From assembly GCF_963676685.1 (NCBI RefSeq), contig NC_092345.1, forward strand, positions 105,276,001 through 105,340,000: 64,000 nucleotides of DNA, written 5' to 3'. The stretch comes from Mytilus edulis (taxonomy: Eukaryota). Below are positions 12,201 through 22,264 of this stretch, piece after piece (position 1 is the first letter of the stretch; each line of letters begins with the position of its first letter). The translations under genes and the position numbers were made by a program. The notes below the pieces were generated by a model. That model was not told the origin of the DNA. It saw only the letters and a list, made by a program, of their open reading frames with translations, and did no database searches.

Positions 12201-14246
12201 TGTATAAATTGTTCAACATATTACAACCCTATAAAACTACAAATTAAAGAAGCATTTAGTTCCGTTCTTAAAACAACATTCCATAGACGCGGCAATAACC
12301 AAAGGCTTCAATCTCTTTACTTTTAAATTGTGTTTTTCTAATATGGTTAATATGCAACCATTAGTAAGCGTTTAAAAAGGGTAAAATGATCTTGCCCTCA
12401 TTAGCGTGTTTTGGAACTATTTTTCTATAGTGTAAAAAGTAAAAACACAAAAATACTGAACTCCGAGGAAAATTCAAAAAGGAAAATCAAAAATCAAAAG
12501 GCAAAATCAAAAGTCCAAAAACATCAAACGAATGGATAACAACTGTCATATTCCTGACTTGGTACAGGCATTTTCTAATCGCTCTTTCTGCTTTAATTCT
12601 TGAACAAAATATTACTGTGATTGTGTTATTAAATCCCACTGATATTCAAATTTTTGAACTATTTCAGTTTTTCGCCATGGCAATGGTTCAGTCCAAACGT
12701 AAGTAAAATCCAGGCGAACTGCCACTTACCAGCAGACACGTGTGATGAAGATGCCACCTTTGGACCAACGGTAACCACTTCCACTTATATGACCACAGAT
12801 GAACCAATGACATCCACTGTACCAACACAAACAACTGTTATTCCTGGGATGGCTAACGATGCATTAACTGGGTCTGGTAACGGAGAGGACAGTAACACAG
12901 TTAGTATATATTACACCTTTGACTGTATATGTGTGTTCGTCATTTAAATTAACGTCTATTCACACTAGCTTACCTTGCCTAAAATAACGATTATTCCGGG
13001 GATGGCTAACGATGAATTAAGTGGGTTTGGTAATGGAGAGAATAGTAACACAGTAAGTAATAAAATTGAGAAAGGAAATGGTGAATATGTCAAAGCGACA
13101 ACCACCCGACCATAGAGCAAACAACAGCCGAAGGCAACCAATGGGTCTTCAATGTAGCGAGAATTCCCGCACCCGTAGGTGTCCTTCAGCTGGCCCCTAA
13201 AATATGCATAATAGTACAGTGATAATGGACGTCATACTAAACTCCGAATTATACACAAGAAACTAAAATTTAAAATCATACAAGACTAACAAAGGCCAGA
13301 GGCTCCTGACTTGGGACAGGCGCAAAATTGCGGCGGGGTTAAACATGTTTATGAGATCTCAACCCTCCCCCTATACCTCTAGCCAATGTAGAAAAGTAAA
13401 AGAATAACAATACGCACATTAAAATTCAGTTCAAACATATCATGTCTTATCTTTTGTCCGTCATTCAAAAAAAAAAACGTCTGTGAATTCTAGCTCACCT
13501 GGCATTTTCTCTGAATTACGATTTTTACTTTTTTTTGGGGGGCATAAGACTATTATGGACAAAGAAAAACTATACAAGCATACATGATCAGCAAACTGAT
13601 ATCCACAAATAAGCTCATTCTGCCTAAAATCATCAGGGAACTCCTTATAAGAGTTATTGCCCTTAAATGACGATATTCACTCTTTGTGTAAGGTCTTTTA
13701 CAAAATACAAACAAACTGATTCAAGAGAACTTGTAAAATGCAAAACTAAGCACCAAAATAAGATATTGAAAAGAATGACAAAAACTGTCCAGAAACTTGT
13801 TGAAAAATTTACAGAGGCTACATTGTCGTAAAGAAATATAAGAATAAGGAGATGTTGTGCGGCCTTTAACAATGAGACAAACCTATACCGCATTAATTGT
13901 ATAACCTATAAAGGGTCTCGGCAAGACAACATGTGGAACAATTCAAGATAGAAAACCAAGGGTTTGAATTATGATATTTATATAACTTCATAATGCACCA
14001 AGAAATCAACATCAGACGTAATATCACTACTGAATTAAGTAATTAACTACATGTATATATTTTGTATATATTCCGTTTTAGAATGATGGATCTTTCGTTT
14101 CCGAAATGACGATGATTTTAGGAGTTTGTGCTGGTTTAATAATAGCAGTATCCGGTTTCTTTGTGTTGATATATTCCTGCTGGAGAAAACACGGATTGAG
14201 GAGAATAGACAAGGTTGGATACACACCCCTGAGGAATCAGGATTGA
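3287..14246 (+). CDS. Uncharacterised type I single-pass membrane glycoprotein, about 486 aa, 7 coding exons (signal peptide, S/T-rich mucin-like segments, Cys-rich domain, TM, short tail with GYTPL)
   Basis: Exons 3287-4009, 6338-6478, 9866-9919, 12025-12086, 12668-12899, 12969-13052, 14082-14246. All introns are GT..AG, phases are compatible (0,0,0,2,0,0), total 1461 nt ending in TGA. N-terminus MNLNIFRVLVLLGLYSSLTVSSA is signal-like. Last exon encodes MILGVCAGLIIAVSGFFVLIYSCW (TM), then RKHGLRR (positive-inside) and GYTPLRNQD*. Confidence 0.85.
4050..4440. repeat. Abundant short interspersed repeat (two adjacent copies)
   Basis: aaaaaagaagatgtggtatga.tgccaatgagacaac...gacacagaaattaac...catagtcagctataaaa at 4050 and 4298. 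Reverse-complement copy at 32680-32828; related copies near 5835, 22975 and 52822. Confidence 0.7.
4533..5232 (-). mobile_element. Penelope-like retroelement fragment (RT C-terminus plus 3' region) nested in another repeat
   Basis: Encodes KLCDKRDDFSFPIVNFPFLSSNIPAAPAYGVYISQLIRYSRAC, a motif I recognise from mollusc PLE-type RTs. It is flanked by cttaa on both sides; host repeat halves are 4442-4532 and 5233-5320. Confidence 0.75.
7500..8743. mobile_element. Non-autonomous TIR DNA element
   Basis: 18-bp perfect TIR gggcgtttttcaataaaa / ttttattgaaaaacgccc; internal repeated tttcgtagt(t/g)gac motifs; contains a nested hammerhead repeat. Confidence 0.65.
10085..10330 (+). mobile_element. Degraded tRNA-derived SINE (Meta/RUDI-like core)
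   Basis: ggtcataccaaagact...gtattttctgctt...gagtaagaacaaaggctggtcgg resembles the bivalve Meta-SINE central domain as I recall it; highly diverged. Confidence 0.45.
10576..11835. repeat. 22-bp minisatellite, roughly 55 units, consensus GGAATGGTATGACA(T/G)GTCAATA
   Basis: Directly visible tandem array in intron 3 of gene 1; units at 11221 and 11243 give a 22-bp period. Confidence 0.95.
13059..13435 (-). mobile_element. 5'-truncated copy of a retroposon family ending in ...ccccatttccattctcaattttat
   Basis: Reverse complement of about 57855-58230. Other copies at 42895-43215 (-), 51200-51380 (+), 42335-42890 (+, older), and tiny tails at 10741-10790 and 44970-44995. Confidence 0.8.
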
Positions 14247-14860
14247 CTAATATTAGATGATTAATACTACAATCATCACCCAATACATGTACAAGTTTCT
14301 TTAATCATTGTGGTGTTATCTTTTTGTTGTCAGATTGACAAATATTTCCGTGCTTAGATTGCAAATAATTACAAAAAATACTATAGTTCTTATATTTGTT
14401 TTCAACATTTTTTTTTTTTTTTACGTTAAACCGACTTTAGGAATAAAAAAGACACTGACATTCTAATGCAACGGAGAAATAAATGTGTTATTCATTTGTC
14501 CATAATCTGGGTTGAATTTAAATAAAAATGTCCAAAAAACAAATTGAGTTAACATTAATTAGAGTAAACAATACACAACAAGGATGATAGGGGTTTTAAA
14601 AATATATAACAGTACAGCAGACCACATTAACCATTAACAGCCGAATGCTTTGACATCTAAACACAAAGGCATGCAACAACATAATAGTCTAGATAGTATG
14701 AATTGGTAAGGGCATAACATAGTAACCTCATTTTTGCCTATAAGAGACAAACTGTGCGTGCATACAAGTTATTTACATGTAGTGTAACGCGAACCTTTAA
14801 GGGCAAAGCAGAGTACAAACAAACAAATACTTGGTACTAACTAGCTAAAATGTTCCATTA

Positions 14861-16519
14861 CAAATCAGGTAAATCACAATATACATCAAATCAGGTAAAT
14901 CACAATATACTTCTTCTTCTGTGTATTAGCCTCCTTTAAGTAGGAGCACCTCCGAATGGAGTATATACCCTTAATGTCTTATTAAAATTTGTAAACACAT
15001 TAAAAATATGTACAGCACATGCATATAAAAGAAAGAAAGTTGATGGTTTTTTTTTACATGGCATATATACAGGGACTTGGGTGGTGTTTTTTTAAAACTA
15101 TATTATCTCATGTTTATGTTAAAAATCTGTTATTATTGCTTTATATAAGTCTAGAATAAAAGTAAACCATTTATTGTTAAGCGATAAAATTAAGTAAAAT
15201 ATGATCAAATGTGCTAAAAACTGATTAAATCCGTTGTAATATATTAAGTAGCAATTTCATACTAATGTAAAATACCTAATGGATTTGGTGATTTAAAACT
15301 ATAAAAGATAAAAAAAAAATTTTTTTTAAATAAGGTGGTTAGGGATGTTAACTGTGAAGATATTTCCTTTAAAATATATATGTCTTATATTCACTTTATT
15401 CAAATATTGCAGTAATTATAAAATAAAATAAAATAATTTGGCAATAATCACATCTATCACATCCTATTCCCTCCTCTACGTATTTGTTGCAACATGGACA
15501 CATAAAATTGTCAGGTGTATTATTTGTATCTGTTTTCAACGGAGAACTACTTGCCTTGTTTCTTTCCTTTATATTTTGATTATTCTTAATCGTTTCCAGC
15601 ATAGCTTGGTTTGTATCAGCATTGTTTATTTCCTTTACTTTAAGTGGGGAAACATATTCCTCTTCACAGATTATTTCCTTTACTTTATTTTCATTTTTAT
15701 TCTCTTCCTGTTTTATAGCTCTATGTATGTTATTTGAGGAGGAACTTTTTAGCTGAGATAAATATGATTGAATGCTGTTGTTAAGAATGTTGATGTCTCT
15801 ATATTTAGTTCTCAATTTCTCACAAATTTGGTCAAATATATTGTTGATAAAAATATCAATCCTGCTTCCATTTACATTGATTTTACAGGTTGTATGATAC
15901 AAGTTGATTGTAAATTTTAATAGACTACCAGCATCTCCGTTCAGTTTTTTGTTATACACTTTATAGCATGAATCCACAGTTAACCTTGATTTTTCTATTC
16001 CATCCTGGATTGGTAAGGTTACTAAGGTCTCGGTTATTTCGGGTCTTTGTAAAATGCTTAGTATTCCATTTTTCACCGTTTCATATGCTCCCGTGCTTAG
16101 TTCTATTACAAAAATTTTACCTGGTTTTAGTTCAAATCTGATATGTTCTTTTTGACATGCGTTAATTTTTTTCTGAATAGCGCTTTCCCTATCTAGCGTA
16201 TATGATCTTGTAGTAATTTTACTTGGACACAGATCTCCAGTGGAAAGGTTCTTTCTGAATTTCTGTACCTGCATCTTGTACACCTTTAGTAATAATAGCC
16301 AGGGAGTAGTTTTATGTTATATGACTGAAAGTATTTGTATCTTTTAGAAGATATACATCAAATCAGGTAAATCACATTATACATCAAATCAGGTAAATCA
16401 CAATATACATCAAATCAGGTAAATCACAATATACATCAAATCAGGTAAATCACAATATACATCAAATCAGGTAAATCACAATATACATCAAATCAGGTAA
16501 ATCACAATATACATCAAAT
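14861..16519. repeat. 26-bp tandem repeat (atacatcaaatcaggtaaatcacaat) split by an insertion
   Basis: About 2 units at 14861-14910 and about 6.5 units at 16351-16519. Confidence 0.9.
14911..16350 (-). mobile_element. Internally deleted non-LTR retrotransposon: ORF1-like frame (about 16274-15396) ending in half a PHD finger, (GAA)n 3' tail
   Basis: Intronless frame ending CPCCNKYVEEGIGCDRC (first half of a PHD finger). The minus strand ends agaagaagaa, and atatac is duplicated at both flanks. Confidence 0.6.
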
Positions 16520-16914
16520 ATTTTGAATGGTAATTAGGCACTTATTCCCGACTAGAGTCTAGTATCCATTTCACTATTGAATGTCACTTATTTAAGAAAT
16601 AAAAACTCACAAATTGTTTCTGCTTATAACAAAGCGCAGTGAACTGTCATTAAATTAATCCAATTCTCCTCCTCTAAGGTTCCGTCTTCCCGACTTTATA
16701 TATAAGTCCTGGTCATATCCATTGGCGGACTACTGGTGCTCCGACCGGATGTATAATGATAAAAGTATGCTACAATTTCCCCTTTCCAGGACTTTGGAAT
16801 TCTTTTTCCAGAAAAACAATATCACTAACGAATAAAATCTAAAATATTTAATGAAATAAACTACTGCTAAAAGTTATTTTCGTGGTACACAACTATTCCT
16901 TTCAGGTTTATTTT

Positions 16915-19000
16915 AAGATCTGCTTGCGTTTCCTATCACACCTTTATGTCCTTCTCGAACTTGAGACAAAACTGCTCCAATTCCAAAATGACTCACATCT
17001 GTATCTAATATAAACTCTTCTCCGTCGATTTCTGGATATGTAAGTATAGGGCAGCTTGCAAGTAACCGGACGTTTGTTCACAATCGCTTGTCCATTCACA
17101 GGGAGCTTTTAACTGCGTTAAATAAAAAAGACACTTAGCAATTTTCGAAAAATTCTTGATAAATCTTCTGTAATAAGAAACCAATTGAATGAAAGATCTT
17201 AATTCGGAAACATTTTGCGGGGACTCAACCTTGAATATTGCCCGTACCTTAGAAGGATTCGGCCGCACCCCTTCTGTTGACGGAATAAGTCCGAGATACT
17301 TTACCTCGTGTTTAAACAAGAGTGCACACACTGAAATGTCTCGCCTTCTTTACTAATCATTGATATTATGTTGATAGTCCTAAGTATAAAGCGTTATAAC
17401 AACTGTCACATAAACTTAACATTAAACAAGATAGTTAAACAAAGACCAATGAACCATAAAAATGAGGTCAAGGTCAGATGAACCATGCCAGGCAGACATG
17501 TACAGCTAACAATGCTTCCATACAACAAATTTAGTTGACCTATTACTTATAGTTTAAGAAAAATAGACCAAAACACAAAAACTTAACACTGTCCAATGAA
17601 CCGTGCAATTGAGGTCAAGGTCAAATAAAACCTGCGGGACTGACATATAGATCATAATATATTTCCATACACCAAATATAGTTGACCTTTGGCATATAAT
17701 ATTAGATCAAAAGATCAAAACTTAAAACTTAACTTTGACCACTGAACCATGAAAATGAGGTCAAGGTCAGATGACCTCTGCCCGCTAGACATCTAGTACA
17801 CCTTACAATCATTCCATACAACAAATATAGTAGACCTATTGCATAAAGTATGAGAAAAACAGACCAAAACACAAAAACTTAACTATAACCACTGAACCAT
17901 GAAAATGAGGTCAAGGTCAAATGACACCTGCCAGTTGGACATGTACACCTTCCAGTCCTTCCATACACCAAATATACTAGCCCTATTGCTTATAATATCT
18001 GAGATATGGACTTGACCACCAAAACTTAACCTTGTTCACTGATCCATGAAATGAGGTCGAGGTCAAGTGAAAACTGTCTGACGGGCATGAGGACCTTGCA
18101 AGGTACGCACATACCAAATATAGTTATCCTATTACTTAAAATAAGAGAGAATTCAACGTTACAAAATTTCTGAACTTTTTTTTCAAGTGGTCACTGAACC
18201 ATGAAAATGAGGTCAAGGACATTGGACATGTGACTGACGGAAACTTCGTAACATGAGGCATCTATATACAAAATATGAAGCATCCAGGGCTTCCACCTTC
18301 TAAAATATATAGCTTTTAAAAAGTGAGCTAACACCGCCGCCGGATCACTATCCCTATGTCAAGCTTTCTGCAACAAAAGTTGCAGGCTCGACAAAAACTA
18401 CACTTTGCAGCCTTGAGTTTTAATCCGGCATCTGATAACCTCTGTAAGACTTTCTACAAATTAATCAAATGTTCATCAAATGTTTCACTAAACACTATTA
18501 TTTCATCTAGGTATAAAACTAGAACATGTTACTGCAATCCTCGCATTGCTGTCTCAATAATTCTTTGACACCTAGCTCCTGCGTTGCACAATCAAAATGG
18601 CATCGTAACATATTGATATATACCATCTCTGAGCGTAGTAAATGGAGTTTTTTCCTTGTCCCTTTTTTGTATGGATTCATATGCACCTGATAAAAAAACT
18701 GACATCCACTTGGCTCCACTGAGTGCGTCTATATTATTCTCTATTCTAGGGATCGGATAGGAATCTTTGATCGTCTTATCGTTCAATTTCCTGTAATCAA
18801 CACACAGCCGCCACGAAAGATATTTCTTTTGCACTAATACTTGTAGAACAGGGGCTATTGGACTTTTCAATAAGTTTCTTATCCTCCAATTTCTAAATTT
18901 CATCATATATAGCCTGACGTTTAAAAAGAGGTGTTTGTCTTGGAGGTCCTTTACTTGAATTTCTTCTATCAATTTGATATTATGCATACCAATTGTTGTC
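16915..19000 (-). mobile_element. Degenerate Ty3/Gypsy pol (RT and RNase H)
   Basis: WRLCVDYRKLNDKTIKDSYPIPRI; YQYVTMPF; LYLDEIIVFS (mutated YLDD, preceded by a stop); AGLKLKAAKCS; VKYLG; LRSFIQLVSYYRRFIKNFSKIA; DTDVSHFGIGAVLSQ. Contains frameshifts. Confidence 0.9.
17315..18395. mobile_element. Helentron/HINE-like non-autonomous element carrying about 6 x 148-bp internal repeats
   Basis: Begins aacaagag and ends in the hairpin ctgcaac-aaaa-gttgcag plus an A-run. The tgaggtc(a/g)agg motif recurs near 17463, 17610, 17756, 17906, 18052 and 18208. It interrupts the Gypsy RT at an A-run. Confidence 0.75.
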
Positions 19001-20261
19001 ATACTGTCATACCTGGCTCTCCTGTCGAATCATATAACGTATCTCCATACTTCAGCAGGATCGCCCTATTAAAGCTCTCGCTTTCACTCTCAGCGAGGTT
19101 TTCTCTTCTATCACTATACATTTCCACCATATACTGTTATACTGTGGAATGAGTTGTGGATCCGTGTCCATTTCCTGAACATTATAAACAGTCCCTTCCT
19201 CCATCAATCCAAGGTTACTTACAATTTTCAAGAGCTGAAACAAACAATCCAGTATAGGTGGCACGGCAGTATTTGCATTCCAGAATTTAGGTTGTACCCT
19301 ACCTAAGTCAATGTATCTGAACAGTGTGATTGGACATAAAATGCAGTATCAACTGAACACACTTTCCCAAACTGAGGGATGAATCAGGTGTAGAAAAATA
19401 TGAAATAATTTAAAAAACTGATGAAAATGAATTTTTGAGATTTTTTTTTTTTAAATTGTGTATTCACTGCATGATAAAAGTACTAAAACACTAGTGGCCT
19501 TAGATTTTTGAAAATAGCAAAAAAGTAAACGGTCATGATACACATTCATATTCATTTCTGAATAGTAAAATGAAAGTACTTCAGTTAACTGTGAATGTAG
19601 AATTTTTTGCAGTGTTAGAAAGTGGTGAAAATTCTAAAAAGGCTATCATTATCCCTTATGGGCAAGGAAATACTACCGTGCCACCTATACCGCTGTTCGA
19701 AAGTCATAATTCGATTAAAACAAAACCAAATCCGGGTTACAAACTAAAACCGAGGGAAACACATCAATAACATGCGAGTTCCTTTGTAAAATATAATGTC
19801 GGTATCACAAGGGTTCAGGATCCTCGAATTTATATGCGAACGTGATGCATTCACTAAAACTCTTCCAATGGCAAATATATGCTTCGAAATGAAATTACAA
19901 TCAGGGCACAAAATTATAAATAATTCTGAATTATCTTCAGCATAAATTTTTCTAATGAGCTTACAGCTTTAACAATTATTTCATGTCTCGCATGAATGTC
20001 TATGGTTTCCATTGCTTTATACGACTAGATTACACATCGACACTCTCTTGCTCAAGCGGAGCTGTAAATATGTTAATATCCCAGTGATCCCAAGTCGAAA
20101 TTCCATTGACATCGATATTTTGAAATAAAATCTTCTCCTAATACATTAAGTTTCACACCTCCAACATAAATTGGAAATGCTATAGTAGATCTGAAGTGTG
20201 CATTTTACGTACTTTATGTACTTTCTGTACGTTAAATCGACTTTAACAAAAGAACTATGTC

Positions 20262-21370
20262 AAATAAAGGCAACAGTAGTATACCGCTGTTCAAAACTCA
20301 TAAATCCATGGACAAAAAACAAGATCGGGGTAACAAACTAAAACTGAGGGAAACGCATTAAATATAAGAGAACAACGACACAACATTAAAATGTAACACA
20401 CACAGAAACGGACTAAGCATAAGACAAAATCCTATGAGAATAACAAATATAACATCAATACAGAATCCGGGTCCGTTCGCCCTGATTCTGGTTCGCCCTA
20501 ATGTCTGTTTGCCCCGAGTCCGTTCGCCCTGATTTTATTTTTTAGTATAGTGTTGCGTTGTGTGTATATAATTGAATGTGTTGCAGTCAGTCTACAATTT
20601 CGCCGAATATTTACGATGTTTCATGTTAACTTGTCTAAAGCTAGCTGCTATACTATGTTATAAGTTTCAGTACATTTCAGGACTACAAGATATTGTGACT
20701 TCAAGGTATTGAGGACTAAGTTTGTATCTGTATGTAATTACGTTACTAGGAAATATAAGTTTGAACTTTCTGTTAATTTCAGCAATCAAAATTCAATCAA
20801 CAGTAATTAAAAGCAAGGATTTGTATACTATACAAATCCTTTTTAAAAGTAATTATAAAATAAAGTGTAAGAATGCAGCCAAGAATTTTTATTTAATTAA
20901 TATAAATTTGGCAAATATTCTGTATTTAACTTTTAATAGATACGCATAAATTTTAATATATATATATATATTTCGTCCATTGATGTAACATATACATATC
21001 ATAAATGAATATAGGGTGAACGAACCCAGGGCGAACGGACTATCAGGGCGAACAAACTCAGTGCGAAAATGTAATCAGGGCGAACGATCCCGATACCATC
21101 AAAACCAATACATGAATTAGGGATAGATAAGTACCGTGACACGTCTTATAGTAATGTGAATTCACACTCAAAAATAAGAGAAAACAACCGACACAACGGA
21201 AACACAACGTTAAAATGTAACACACACAGAAACGAACTATAATTGGCCATATTCCTGACTTGGTACAGGACATTTTAAAATGCTTCGACACTATATCCGA
21301 CTTGAATTTTTACTAGATAACATTTTTGTTCGCTATGGAGATTCTGTATATTGTCAGGTTATCGGACATT
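20262..21370. mobile_element. Penelope-like fragment: non-coding end plus an adjacent short RT piece
   Basis: aaataaaggcaacagtagtataccgctgttcaaaactc also occurs at 50362. 21298-21367 encodes LEFLLDNIFVRYGDSVYCQVIG, typical of a PLE RT just before the motif-B GxPMG. Confidence 0.6.
20461..21096. mobile_element. MITE with subterminal gttcgccct repeats, imperfect 8-9 bp TSD (MULE/hAT-like)
   Basis: Left cgttcgccctgatt x2 plus variants, right aatcagggcgaacg plus variants; flanks catcaata / catcaaaa. Confidence 0.7.
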
Positions 21371-22264
21371 TAGGTCTAATTTTATTGATGAATGATGTTA
21401 GAATTTTTCATGTTTGTTTACAAAAGCAATATTTCCCCCTTTCAAATCAGAGCATATGGACCTTTTATAGCTTGCTCTTCGGTGTGAACCATGGCTTCGT
21501 GTTGAAGGCCGTATTCAACCTATATTTGTATTATACTTGTTAACTTTTTATACAATGTGACTTCGATAGGGAGTTGTCTCATCGGCATTCATACTAAATC
21601 TTAATTCTATAAGAACACATGTTTTGTTGTTGCTTTCGTTAACTTTTATTAATACATTATTTTTTTAAAAAGTGATAACAAAAATGAATTTAAATACAAA
21701 ATATGAGAAATTTTAACAAACTGTACTTTAAATGTATGACTTTGTGTAACATTATCGAACGATATTAATAACAAATAATTGAAGAATTCAAATATTTACA
21801 GTCAATTACAATACAGAAATTGTGTTGCATATCTCGAACTCGTTTACAATGTTATAATGTAGTTGACACCAAGTTCTCGCGAGAGCTAACACTGTGATGC
21901 ATCTCCTTACTATATAAAGATCATTTTACACAGTTTTGTTGTGTCTTCGCTTGCAACTTCAGTTCAAAATTAATTGAATCCTTACGACTATATAAAAACC
22001 GCATAAATGTATTAAACAACAATTACAAACAGAAGAGGAGAATTTGCATATTAAAAACAGTGCGAGATTCTAGAAGAGATCAACTTAAAAGAGTTGTTTA
22101 TTATAGTACACTTAGAACATGGAACGTCGACAGATAATCTAATCATTGTTAAGAAGTAATAAAAAAAAATATGGTCGGGTTGTAAAGATTAAATTTTTAG
22201 GAAAATTATTGAGTATTGAGCAATGAAATTTGATCACAGATAGTACTCCTGATGTGTAGCTCAC

